Shown here: piece after piece, positions 37,537-46,654 of the stretch
How the letters are laid out: the number at the start of each line of letters is the position of its first letter
Numbering within the stretch: position 1 is the first letter of the stretch
Virus record (IMG/VR): IMGVR_UViG_3300025466_000014
DNA from: a virus
DNA length: 64,000 nucleotides
Strand: one strand, 5' to 3'
The notes under the pieces: generated by a model
Told to the model about the DNA's origin: nothing
The model's database searches: none
The model's input: the letters and a program-made list of their open reading frames with translations, nothing else
Program-made: the position numbers and the translations under genes

Positions 37537-38700
37537 TTAACCGTTAATGGTATTAACGATTTTACGCAACTGAGTAGAGTCTAGATGATAGCGGTCTTGG
37601 AGGAATTCAATATCCTGCAAAAGAATACCGTTAGACTGGTCCAGGTTAGAAAACGTGAATGTCAAATCGTTACCCTTTTGAGACATACGAATTTTCACAT
37701 TACGTGACTTACGCATACCTTTAACTTCCATAAAGAGTTGAGCCTTGATTTCCTCAATCTCATTTGGTTTTAGGCCGGGCTTCAATTCAAAAATAAGCTC
37801 TTCATGCTTGGCATGGACGTCTACAATGTTCTTACTTGCCGAGAAAGCTTCGCGACGCAAGCCGCCAGCAGGTTCTTTAATCTGCATTGATACTGGAAGA
37901 TTCCCAATCTCCGCAGAGAAGCCCTCCAAGGCTAGTTGATTAGCAATAGATTTAACAGCCTGTTTGGTGTCCTCAACTACTTTGCCGTGCTCCAGGAGAG
38001 AGGGCGCAACAAACTCGTGCTCTACAAAAATCTCAACGTTACCCTTAACAGTCCACTTAATGGTCACGTAGATATGAGGAGCAATCTTACCGTCGTCAGA
38101 CACGGCGTTTTTAAGAATTACGTAGCCTGCAAATACGAGCTCACCTTCCTTAGACAACGCAACGTAGGTAAACGTATCAATAGAATCGCACTCAATGTGT
38201 TTGTTTTCTTCTAGATTCTTAGCCACACTGGTAACAAAATCCAAATATTCTTTAGGAGCATGTTTTTGTGCTACCTTATGCAGGAAGGCAAATAGCTCGC
38301 GCATTGCGGCTTCCATGTCCTCTTTAAGCTTTGTAAAAGAACCTAGCAAAGCAACAAGATTCTTGTTACTTGCATTCTTAAAATTCATCTTAATTTCGTT
38401 CTCTGTGGCAATCAAACTTTTGTATTGCTCTGAATATTTTGAGACGCGCGAGTAATTCTTCTGTAGTTCGTTCATGTTGGGAACAGTAACCACAGGGAAG
38501 TCTACATTCAAGGTCTTGGTTCGTTTAATCTTCAAGTCCTTATCGCCAGAGATATCCATAATTTTGGGGTCAGCAGCGGTCAAGACAGACTTAGACAGGC
38601 GTGCTACTGAAATATTAAACAGCACCTGCTCCTGAAGGAAGCTTTCCCTTGTTGCCTTAAGGAATGTTTTAATCTCGTCAATTGTGCGAAACGGTTTCAT
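37537..38700 (-). CDS. putative virion protein
   Basis: SD AAGGA; VLTAAD motif near residue 43; structural block. Confidence 0.7.
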   Translation of the reverse strand: MKPFRTIDEIKTFLKATRESFLQEQVLFNISVARLSKSVLTAADPKIMDISGDKDLKIKRTKTLNVDFPVVTVPNMNELQKNYSRVSKYSEQYKSLIATENEIKMNFKNASNKNLVALLGSFTKLKEDMEAAMRELFAFLHKVAQKHAPKEYLDFVTSVAKNLEENKHIECDSIDTFTYVALSKEGELVFAGYVILKNAVSDDGKIAPHIYVTIKWTVKGNVEIFVEHEFVAPSLLEHGKVVEDTKQAVKSIANQLALEGFSAEIGNLPVSMQIKEPAGGLRREAFSASKNIVDVHAKHEELIFELKPGLKPNEIEEIKAQLFMEVKGMRKSRNVKIRMSQKGNDLTFTFSNLDQSNGILLQDIEFLQDRYHLDSTQLRKIVNTING

Positions 38701-38709
38701 AGTTTATTT

Positions 38710-38765
38710 CCTTAATTCTTTGATTCTTTGATTCTTTGATTCTTTGATTCTTTGATTCTTTGATT
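38710..38765 (-). repeat. tandem repeat (AATCAAAG)x6 followed by AATTAAGG containing the SD
   Basis: Read directly: six perfect 8-nt units between the stop at 38775 and the RBS of 37537..38700. Confidence 0.95.
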
Positions 38766-38774
38766 GTCTAATTT

Positions 38775-39131
38775 TCATTTGCCGTTAGTTTGCAGGTCTT
38801 TTAGCTGCTGAGAATACCGCAACATCATTGCGTCATCTACTTTATCAGCCTTGTTGAATTGTTTTTTAAGTTGCAAAGCAAACAGGGCATCTTCTAACTG
38901 ATTCTTTTTGTATTGAGTTAGCTGAGATTGAAGTTGTTGCGTAATCTCAATCTGCTGAGTCTCTGTGCGTTTAAAGAGTTTGTTAACTTCATCTGCATGG
39001 GCATATCGGTCGTCTATAAAAAGAAAACCGCCAACTAGGCTGCCTAAGGATATAATCGCCGCAACAAAAGAAGCAACTACGCTAGGCACTTTAGAAAACT
39101 GCACAATAGGTTGTTTGACTTTTTCTAACAT
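38775..39131 (-). CDS. single-TM coiled-coil membrane protein
   Basis: VVASFVAAIISLGSLVGGFLFI then coiled coil. Confidence 0.7.
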   Translation of the reverse strand: MLEKVKQPIVQFSKVPSVVASFVAAIISLGSLVGGFLFIDDRYAHADEVNKLFKRTETQQIEITQQLQSQLTQYKKNQLEDALFALQLKKQFNKADKVDDAMMLRYSQQLKDLQTNGK

Positions 39132-39175
39132 AATTTATCTCATTCATTAGTTGATGTAATCGGGTAAATGAAAAG

Positions 39176-40378
39176 TTAAAACTGAAAACCTGATAAGGGT
39201 TGTGATATGCTAGGTGCCGCAGGATTAGTTGCCTTTTGCCCGGTTATATGTCTGCGCACTGGCAGTATCTGAAAAAGCTCTTGCGGTTGGGCCACACGTA
39301 CCTGACACTCCCACCCAAGCATTTGCCTATTGCGTGTATTCCAAGGACTGACACTTTGCACAATAAGAAGTTTGCCTAACTGAGATTCAGCTATTACGTC
39401 CAACGTTTGTAAATTAGGAACGTCCGGACTTAAAATTATTTGAAATGGGTCAGATTGGTCTAGTAAACTAATGTCTTGACTTTTAGTCCTCTTAGGAAAC
39501 TCAAAGTAGACAGGCTGAGTGGACATACCTGCTTGAATTTCTAGATGGGTCATAGCCGACTGTGTCGTTATAGTTATAACGTGCATCTTACCATCAAAAA
39601 ACTTTAAAGGACTTACGCTACTTATGCTTTGGTTGTCTATTGTAAAACTAGACACCGTTGCTTGATTGCCATTCATTGTCCTAAAGACGTCAAGAATGGT
39701 TGCACCTTGAGGCAATACAACAGACACGCTGTGTACACCCGGGGATAAAGCCATGCTAGGCAGCTCTAAGTAGCTGCTGGTTACCATCATCGAAGGTACA
39801 GCGACAAAGCGAAAGTTTCTGAAAGACTGATAGCCACCAACGTAGTTAGTGCCAAAACAAATCGGGCAAGATATGTCAGTGAGACCTAACTCTGACAAGT
39901 CAAAACCCTTAAACATATCTTCTAAATCTGGAGAATCTTGACCGTTATCTCCAACAGTAGGTCCAATATCGAATTGGTTTTTACCTACTTTGTTGGTGTT
40001 ATTATCTAACCAGGTAAAGCCACTAGCATTCGGCGTAGTGGGCGTATCCAAAATACCTGCAAACTCATCATCCGACATTTCAGGATTGTAGTCCGAAATG
40101 CCAAAATTATTCTCGCCTGTCAGTGCGCGGTTAATAGCGCCACTAGAGGCTTTACCGTCTGGTGACAGAGCAATAACCTCATTGTTTTTAGACTTGCACG
40201 TACACTTCATGCCTGAGGACAGCCTGGAGTACAAAATGCCAGGAACGCCTTGTACTCTAAAAGCTGCCATTGTTTTTTGCTGTTGGATAGGCACAATGTG
40301 CTCTACCATTTTTGCAGCAACGTCAGCGGCTCTGGCGTTATTGGCAGTTAGATTTGCTCGGCGGTCAATGATAGGCAT
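39176..40378 (-). CDS. head completion/neck-like virion protein
   Basis: SD AGGAG before MPIIDRR; CTC..CPICFGTNYVGGY motif as in myovirus neck proteins. Confidence 0.55.
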   Translation of the reverse strand: MPIIDRRANLTANNARAADVAAKMVEHIVPIQQQKTMAAFRVQGVPGILYSRLSSGMKCTCKSKNNEVIALSPDGKASSGAINRALTGENNFGISDYNPEMSDDEFAGILDTPTTPNASGFTWLDNNTNKVGKNQFDIGPTVGDNGQDSPDLEDMFKGFDLSELGLTDISCPICFGTNYVGGYQSFRNFRFVAVPSMMVTSSYLELPSMALSPGVHSVSVVLPQGATILDVFRTMNGNQATVSSFTIDNQSISSVSPLKFFDGKMHVITITTQSAMTHLEIQAGMSTQPVYFEFPKRTKSQDISLLDQSDPFQIILSPDVPNLQTLDVIAESQLGKLLIVQSVSPWNTRNRQMLGWECQVRVAQPQELFQILPVRRHITGQKATNPAAPSISQPLSGFQF

Positions 40379-40379
40379 T

Positions 40380-42047
40380 TTAGTCTCCTTTGTCGGCCTT
40401 AGCAGCTTTCTCCAGAGCAATAGGAGGACGTAAGCCCCAACGTGCCCAGAGATCCAATTGGGCAGATAGGTCAATGTAGCTTACGGCGGCTGTTGTACCA
40501 GTAACTTTTTCAGTTTCTCCGCCGACGTTGCGTTTATGATTGAGAAGCTTACCAACTTTTTCAGTCATTTCTTTATAACGAGCCAGAGCCTCTTTCATTG
40601 AGGCCGGTGGACGGCGCTTCTCTTCATCTTGATTGCAGAGATCATTAAACAGGTTAGTTGCACGTAAAGTACGTAGTTTATGAACTGTTACTGTCTGTGG
40701 TGCACCGAAGGCATGAAAAGCCCTGTTAATCATTTGCGGTGTAACTCGCAATTGGCGGTTACCAGCCGTGTAGGTAAAGATGAAATCAGACTTTACTTTA
40801 TCCTTTAGCATAATTTCTAAAGCGGCAATGCACTTCTTTTGCCAAGGATCAGAAGTCTTTAGGGCGTGTTTGGTTGGAATAGAGTCCTTACCCAAGTAAG
40901 CAAGGTTTATACCATTGTTAACAATGGACGCGTTTTTAACAAGAAGCGTTCCTAAACCACGGCCAGGTGCGCTACCTATGCGAGCAGCAAATGTTATTAG
41001 GAGCTCTAGCACGACAGCTGCAACACACATTGGATCTGTGTCAGAAAATTTTGTTATCTTTTGACGCCATTTTGCCTGTATCTTATCCAGGTTAACAATA
41101 AGCTCTTTAACATGCTCGGCTTTAAGCTTGCGTTGTTGGCCCATGTAACCAACGGTGTATCCGTAGGCCACCCCAGAGTCGTCATGTTTGATTGCTTTAA
41201 AGACCCAGCTTGAGTCCTCACTACCCTTTTCAGGGTTCATTACTACTTTGCTGTAGGTAGTTAGGTTAGGCGTACCGTTAAGGAGTTCACCTTTAGACGT
41301 ATACCAGCGATTGGAGTCGTCAATCAAGCCAGTAAAACCAGGTACCATAGAGTGAGTAAAACCCTCACCTACTAGGTATTTGTAAGCACCTTGGTAGGGC
41401 ACCAAGGTTTTGCCCTGTGAGCGCACATAAGCAGACAAGGTTGCTGCAAAGTCCTTATTGTGCATACGACGATGTTCTTGATAAGCCGCCAATCCCTTAG
41501 GGTCGGTGGACTTCAACATCTCAATTTCTTGCGGCGTTAGGAACGTACCTTCACGACCTACAAGTTTTTTGACGGTGTTAGACAAAGCCTTTTTGTCTGA
41601 AGCGACTTCGGCAGGCACCAAAATGCGAGCAAGCTCTGGGGAACCCAAAATAGCTGCATTTTTACGAATATAAGTCAGGGCATTCTCAGAGTCGGTTGCC
41701 AAATAAGAGCGAAGCTGGCGAAGCATATTCAGCTCAGGTGTTTCGTACTCTTTAACCGTATAGAAATCGTGATAAGCGTCTTTAATCTCGTTTGAGAGCG
41801 CAAACAAGGCGCTAAGTTTATCGCCGCCTTTTAGACAGACGTTAACAGTCTTATCCAGACTAGGGAGTTGTTTCCACTTCAGCGGGCCCGAAACAAACGG
41901 GCGTAACTCTGCAGACATGGGCTTTGTTGGGTTCTCTACGTAGTCTGCGACTAAAGCCCCTAGTACCTGGAGTAGGTTAACTAATTGCGATGCGGTAAGT
42001 GTGTAGGTTTCCAAAGTTTTCAAGATTAAACTCCAGTTAATTGTCAT
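40380..42047 (-). CDS. topIB: type IB DNA topoisomerase with N-terminal extension
   Basis: Catalytic pentad R (FAARIG), K (YLGKD), R (HKLRT), H (LLNHK), Y (VSYID). Confidence 0.88.
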   Translation of the reverse strand: MTINWSLILKTLETYTLTASQLVNLLQVLGALVADYVENPTKPMSAELRPFVSGPLKWKQLPSLDKTVNVCLKGGDKLSALFALSNEIKDAYHDFYTVKEYETPELNMLRQLRSYLATDSENALTYIRKNAAILGSPELARILVPAEVASDKKALSNTVKKLVGREGTFLTPQEIEMLKSTDPKGLAAYQEHRRMHNKDFAATLSAYVRSQGKTLVPYQGAYKYLVGEGFTHSMVPGFTGLIDDSNRWYTSKGELLNGTPNLTTYSKVVMNPEKGSEDSSWVFKAIKHDDSGVAYGYTVGYMGQQRKLKAEHVKELIVNLDKIQAKWRQKITKFSDTDPMCVAAVVLELLITFAARIGSAPGRGLGTLLVKNASIVNNGINLAYLGKDSIPTKHALKTSDPWQKKCIAALEIMLKDKVKSDFIFTYTAGNRQLRVTPQMINRAFHAFGAPQTVTVHKLRTLRATNLFNDLCNQDEEKRRPPASMKEALARYKEMTEKVGKLLNHKRNVGGETEKVTGTTAAVSYIDLSAQLDLWARWGLRPPIALEKAAKADKGD

Positions 42048-42068
42048 TAAATTGAGAAACCTAAAACG

Positions 42069-42105
42069 AAAAAAGGACGAAATGAATTAACATTTCGTCC
42101 TTTTT
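42069..42105. terminator. bidirectional terminator
   Basis: AAAAAAGGACGAAATG-aattaa-CATTTCGTCCTTTTT. Confidence 0.88.
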
Positions 42106-42127
42106 ATATCAACTCTAAAATTCAGGT

Positions 42128-42562
42128 TTACTGAATAGTTGTGGTAATAGTGATTGTTGCAGGTGCGCCAGCGGTGAACGTAATGGCAACAGAAGCAGTC
42201 AATGAGCCGACCGTAACGGTCAGATTAACAACACCCACAGTTGTGGGAGTTACCACTGCGGTCATGCCGTCCGCAGCAGCAACTACGGTTGCAACAGTTG
42301 GGTTGTCCAATGTCCACACGGGAACAGCGGGTGCTGCTGTTGGGTTACCTTTAGCATCAGCGATAGCCAAAGAAACCAAAACGGTGTGGTCAATACTTGT
42401 AGTAGCGGTCATAGATTTTCCTTTTGAGACTTTGAGATTGCCGTTGTTTGCAACGACGAGGGTTAAGGTGGGCTGATTACTTTTTATCTGCATGAGTTTT
42501 TGCTCAAGCAGATAAAACGCAAGCAACCCGACCGTAATTAGTGCTAGGTGAAGAGGGTTCAT
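42128..42562 (-). CDS. Ig-like (Big_2-type) domain protein
   Basis: PVWTLDNPTVATV..DGMTAVVTP..VGVVNLTVTVG; SD-supported internal start at 42412. Confidence 0.75.
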   Translation of the reverse strand: MNPLHLALITVGLLAFYLLEQKLMQIKSNQPTLTLVVANNGNLKVSKGKSMTATTSIDHTVLVSLAIADAKGNPTAAPAVPVWTLDNPTVATVVAAADGMTAVVTPTTVGVVNLTVTVGSLTASVAITFTAGAPATITITTTIQ

Positions 42563-42577
42563 TTTATGCTAATAAAA

Positions 42578-42835
42578 TTAAAATTTAGACTTAGAAAACT
42601 TACGGTAGTAAGGTTTATTCTTAGGTTCGTTTAAAGCAGGCTTAAGAGAATCTTGCGTCCAGGAATTTAGAGAACTTTGCGCTGCCAGCATCTTTGCTAA
42701 AGCAATTGTACCGCCTGTAATTGTACTTACAGATGAAACTCTTATAAAGACTTTTTCTCCTGGCTCTATCGAGATTTTCATTCCCTTAGATTTGAATTCT
42801 TCCAAAGAAAGACCAAAGAACGGTTCAGGCGTCAT
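42578..42835 (-). CDS. hypothetical protein
   Basis: 85-aa ORF in coding orientation. Confidence 0.55.
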   Translation of the reverse strand: MTPEPFFGLSLEEFKSKGMKISIEPGEKVFIRVSSVSTITGGTIALAKMLAAQSSLNSWTQDSLKPALNEPKNKPYYRKFSKSKF

Positions 42836-42977
42836 AAAAAAGTAGCTGATGTTAATTCATCAGAATGTCAATAGGGTACTAGCGCGATGACTAGCGGATC
42901 AGGGAGACAATTACCGACTAAGGTAACCAAAGAACAGACTATTGAACACAAATAAAAATTCCTACTATAAACTTGAA

Positions 42978-43065
42978 TGCCTTGTACTGAGGGCACATAA
43001 AGCAGTGTAAACAACAGAGGTACATACAAAACTAGGCGCTAACCCTAGCTACTCAGTACAAGGCA
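42978..43065. repeat. 14-bp perfect inverted repeat enclosing 60 nt
   Basis: TGCCTTGTACTGAG (42978-42991) / CTCAGTACAAGGCA (43052-43065); internal CTAGG..CCTAG hairpin; ACTTGAA on both flanks. Confidence 0.8.
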
Positions 43066-43084
43066 ACTTGAAAGCTCTTAGCCC

Positions 43085-43360
43085 TTATTGACTGTGGCTA
43101 AAAATGCTTATTTGGCGTTCTTCTTCTGAGAAGATCTTCTTCTGATAGACGTAAACTCTGTCTAAACCAACTTTATTAACGTACCCGTATGCGTCATCGT
43201 AGGTTGTGAACGATATGACTCGTGTCGTTGCTGCTGGAGTTATTGGAGAGTTACTTGCGTGTAGACGTCGCCAAAAGCTCACAATTCCCAAAAAGGTAAA
43301 TCGAGCAATTTCGATAACCCACTCACCTTTTTTGGTATCCATTACTATTCGATAAATCAT
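43085..43360 (-). CDS. hypothetical protein
   Basis: SD AGGA; promoter-like motif upstream. Confidence 0.7.
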   Translation of the reverse strand: MIYRIVMDTKKGEWVIEIARFTFLGIVSFWRRLHASNSPITPAATTRVISFTTYDDAYGYVNKVGLDRVYVYQKKIFSEEERQISIFSHSQ

Positions 43361-43378
43361 AATATTTCCTAAAAACTC

Positions 43379-43389
43379 TATTTACAGTT
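43379..43389 (-). promoter_or_regulatory. putative phage promoter AACTGTAAATA
   Basis: Exact motif directly after the upstream stop codon. Confidence 0.55.
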
Positions 43390-43653
43390 CTAGGCGTAGC
43401 TTAAGACTTCCTCAAACCGCCTACGTTCGTTCTTAGAGAGCATATTGTTCTTATTGGAGATTTGAACCATTACTGCCAAGGCTTTTTTGTAAGCAGGATG
43501 TTCTGAATTGCGTACGCCCAGATTACGTAGCAGCCACTGAAGGTTCTGCCCGCGTTCTGTGTTAGTACGTATTTCAGGAACGTCCATTGTCTTTAGGATA
43601 TTTTGCAATATCTTATGTAGGTCATCCAAATCCAAATCTTGATTTACTCGCAT
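43390..43653 (-). CDS. hypothetical protein
   Basis: Coupled to the thyX stop. Confidence 0.7.
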   Translation of the reverse strand: MRVNQDLDLDDLHKILQNILKTMDVPEIRTNTERGQNLQWLLRNLGVRNSEHPAYKKALAVMVQISNKNNMLSKNERRRFEEVLSYA

Positions 43654-43655
43654 TT

Positions 43656-44501
43656 TTATACCAATGAAGACTCGACTAGTTTACGAAATTGAATCCAGCC
43701 CTTTAGGTTGCCGTGATACTCAGGCTTTTCCCAAACAATCTTGTTACCAAGGTGGACGAAGTCGTCAGGCGTAGCGGCATGTTCGATTGGCGAAGCATGT
43801 AGGGGTTCGCTTCCTACTAAAGCCTTATACAACTGCAAATCTTTTTCCAAGGAAGGGTTTTCACCATCGTGCGTTAGATAAGACACACGAGCGCATCGAG
43901 CACCGGAAATCTTTGGAAGGTCATCTTTAAATATACCTGCCCGCTCTTCCTCGGTAACATACGGCAAGTGCCATTCGCCTTTACGCAGTTTTTTAGGTTT
44001 GGAAAACTGCATTGCTAAAAGCATTTGATTAGCAAGGGCTTCGATTTCGGGCTGAGCATCCGGATGACAACGCAAGCCAAAGAAGTTAGTCCACTCAGTT
44101 GCCGTAACCACTACGCTAATATGCTGAAAGGGTTCAGTAACTCGATTTGCAACTTGTTTATGAAGACCAAGTTTTTGCATCTTCTCAGAAGACTCTACTG
44201 CCAGCTGAGCTGCAGACAACCAGGCGTTTTTTGCCTCAGTCAAAGCATCGCCTGTTAACTGCTCTTTTGCCTGCATACCAGGGCGATTAGCACCCCAATG
44301 AATAGGCATTGCAGGTTCTTTACGAACCATCTCCAACATCTTTGCAACAGGAATTGCGCGGCTGCTACTGGCATTACGGCTAAAAACACGATGAGTCATA
44401 AACTCTGCGTGAATGAACCTTGGGTACATTAGCTGAATTGTTGTAAGACGAATATTTGCGTCAGAGATTGAGTCTTCAATAATTTTTGCAGAAATAGTCA
44501 T
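43656..44501 (-). CDS. thyX: FAD-dependent thymidylate synthase
   Basis: Start MTISAK; YPRFIHAEFMTHRVFSRNASSSRAIP; ARCARVSY; LHASPIEH. Confidence 0.92.
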   Translation of the reverse strand: MTISAKIIEDSISDANIRLTTIQLMYPRFIHAEFMTHRVFSRNASSSRAIPVAKMLEMVRKEPAMPIHWGANRPGMQAKEQLTGDALTEAKNAWLSAAQLAVESSEKMQKLGLHKQVANRVTEPFQHISVVVTATEWTNFFGLRCHPDAQPEIEALANQMLLAMQFSKPKKLRKGEWHLPYVTEEERAGIFKDDLPKISGARCARVSYLTHDGENPSLEKDLQLYKALVGSEPLHASPIEHAATPDDFVHLGNKIVWEKPEYHGNLKGWIQFRKLVESSLV

Positions 44502-44502
44502 G

Positions 44503-44886
44503 TTAAACTTTAAGGTAGGATTGTTCAATGAGGAGTTTTTCGACTTTGACCCAGTCAACGTAAGGGCGGCTGCTATAGGTAAGATTAAAAACTAGGGGTG
44601 TGCCTAAGGCTGCGTCGTCAATGTAGAGGTTAGCGTAACACTTAGGGCTCGATGTCCACGACTTCTGAGTAGGATTACCATTTGCAGCGTAAAAGGGAAT
44701 TTCGTTCTCTTTAAACCAATTCTTGGCTGCTTCCAACTCTTCGCCAGACCGCATAGTCCAGATTATAAGTTGATGACCTGCTGCAACCAGCTTTCGTAAA
44801 ACAGAGGCGGAACCCACAGGTTTGCCTATCCCCGGGTAATCGTGAGTTACGCAAGTACCGTCAAAGTCTATTGCAATTATTGCCAT
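44503..44886 (-). CDS. HAD-superfamily hydrolase (BT0820-like)
   Basis: IIAIDFDGT, LIIWTMR, ANLYIDD. Confidence 0.85.
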   Translation of the reverse strand: MAIIAIDFDGTCVTHDYPGIGKPVGSASVLRKLVAAGHQLIIWTMRSGEELEAAKNWFKENEIPFYAANGNPTQKSWTSSPKCYANLYIDDAALGTPLVFNLTYSSRPYVDWVKVEKLLIEQSYLKV

Positions 44887-44898
44887 AATATTTGTTGA

Positions 44899-45498
44899 TT
44901 ATGTTTGAAAATACCCAGAGTCCCTAATGCCGTAAAGCACTGTGTATACGGCACTCTTAGCTGGAATATAGCGGGTCATGTCTTTTATGAATTTGCCATT
45001 CTTGTCGTAAATTGGTGTACCGTCGTAGGGAAGTTTAGAAGCGTTAGAACCCTGAATGGCCTCCAGCACTTCCTCTAAAGGAATGCCTAACTTCATAGCC
45101 TCACTTCGACAATAGACAACAATGTCACCTAGCCAGTCTGCCAAGTCAGTAACAACCTGGCGTTTGTACTCTTCGATCTCTATGCCGTCAACAAACTCTT
45201 CGTTAGTCAAAGGCGCTAGTTCTAACTTAGACAACTTAGAAAGAATGCTCTCCTTGCCGTCAAAGTCTTTATCCCCCTTATCGCATTCTGCTCTCAGAAC
45301 ATTTAAAAAGTTTTCTATGCGAGCTCGGGCTGTTTCAGGTTTACCATTAGGTTTAGTTAGCCTGTCTAAAGTAGGTTCTGTGTTAATAGGCAACCTGTAC
45401 ATTCGATTCATAGCTTCAATGTTAAACTTAAAGCTATGAGGACTTGTAGTTGACAACAAAAAATCTAATTCGTGTTGTGCCAAAGCTTTGTAGGTCAT
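44899..45498 (-). CDS. MazG-like/PRA-PH nucleotide pyrophosphohydrolase
   Basis: DLADWLGDIVVY..LEEVLEAIQGSNASK..DG.PI..NGK.IK. Confidence 0.75.
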   Translation of the reverse strand: MTYKALAQHELDFLLSTTSPHSFKFNIEAMNRMYRLPINTEPTLDRLTKPNGKPETARARIENFLNVLRAECDKGDKDFDGKESILSKLSKLELAPLTNEEFVDGIEIEEYKRQVVTDLADWLGDIVVYCRSEAMKLGIPLEEVLEAIQGSNASKLPYDGTPIYDKNGKFIKDMTRYIPAKSAVYTVLYGIRDSGYFQT

Positions 45499-45515
45499 TT
45501 ACTTCTCTTATCTTT

Positions 45516-45974
45516 TTAAAAATCACCGTCAGCAGGCTGATAACAAACTACTCCCAATTCCCGCCACTTTTTGACCATTGAGTTTTGATCTTCAATAACC
45601 ATAAAGATGTCAGAAAAAGGAATACGAGCCTTTATAACCATTTCAGGTTTAAGTTCTATTGTTTTGCGTCTGTCCAATACTGGACGCATTAGCAATTTAT
45701 AAGGCTTTGTGATTACTTTTTCTAATTGCTTTTCGGTGTAGTCTCGAGCCTCCTCGCCGCGAGCCGTAACAAAATAGGTCTTTAGAAAAGGAATACTCAT
45801 TAGCGCATTATAAACTTCCACACCCTGAGGAATGTAGGTGTCATTAACGTGCAAATCATGATAGACGTCCATATTGCCAGACAAAAACGCCCCATCACGA
45901 TGCGCTGAGTTTATTAGGCAGCCATCAATATCTAAAAGCAGATACTTTTGATCAGTTCGATAAAAATTATTCAT
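45516..45974 (-). CDS. HAD phosphatase (PNKP 3'-phosphatase-like)
   Basis: LLDIDGCL, FVTAR, LLMRP..D, VIEDQ..V..WRELG. Confidence 0.85.
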   Translation of the reverse strand: MNNFYRTDQKYLLLDIDGCLINSAHRDGAFLSGNMDVYHDLHVNDTYIPQGVEVYNALMSIPFLKTYFVTARGEEARDYTEKQLEKVITKPYKLLMRPVLDRRKTIELKPEMVIKARIPFSDIFMVIEDQNSMVKKWRELGVVCYQPADGDF

Positions 45975-45982
45975 TTTTAAAT

Positions 45983-46645
45983 TTAGCGGTTAGCAATGGA
46001 CATAAACTCTGCTCGAACCGAAGGTTTCAGGAACGCACCGCCCAGCTTAGAGGTAACCGTAGAAGAACCTACGTCCTTAATGCCCCGCGATTTAACGCAA
46101 TAATGTTCTGCGTCAATCATAACAGCAATGTTTTCTGTATCTAGAATGTAAGATAGCGCATGGTAGATTTGCTCAGTAAGGCGCTCCTGAATTTGAGGAC
46201 GTTTACTAAAAAATTCTACAATACGATTAATCTTAGATAAACCTAATACCCGATTTTTAGGTATGTAGGCAACATTAGCTTTTCCTGAAATGACAACGCC
46301 GTGATGTTCACAGTTGCTTTGCACGTTAATGTTACGCTCAACAAGCATCTCATCGTAGTGCATTTTGTTATCTACTGTCGTACACTTGGGAAAGAAATCG
46401 TAGTTTAGCCCATAGTAGATTTCATTTATGTACATCTTTGCCATTCGATTAGGCGTATCGCGCAAAGAATCGTCAGAAAGGTCCAGACCAACTGTCCGCC
46501 ATACCTCAGTGAAAAGGGTCTCTAGTTCTGCAATCTTATGATGTGCCCCACGCGCAACTGCGGAAGGTACCATGGGTGTTTCAACTTCCATAAGAAGTAG
46601 ATGCTCACCCACTTGCTTACCCAAATCTGGATCGTGTTTTGTCAT
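45983..46645 (-). CDS. folE: GTP cyclohydrolase I
   Basis: LRDTPNRMAKMY, SNCEHH, YIP..VLGLSKINR, RPQIQERLT, HYCVKSRG. Confidence 0.96.
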   Translation of the reverse strand: MTKHDPDLGKQVGEHLLLMEVETPMVPSAVARGAHHKIAELETLFTEVWRTVGLDLSDDSLRDTPNRMAKMYINEIYYGLNYDFFPKCTTVDNKMHYDEMLVERNINVQSNCEHHGVVISGKANVAYIPKNRVLGLSKINRIVEFFSKRPQIQERLTEQIYHALSYILDTENIAVMIDAEHYCVKSRGIKDVGSSTVTSKLGGAFLKPSVRAEFMSIANR

Positions 46646-46654
46646 TTATTACTC

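Noticed and set aside
38710-38765. Tandem repeat as a CRISPR array
   Set aside because: 8-nt units with no spacers; no cas genes
14905-42585. AATTTTAT (minus) upstream of ORFs ending at 14838, 34502 and 42562 as a late promoter
   Set aside because: Only three clear copies in AT-rich spacers; not separable from background without motif statistics
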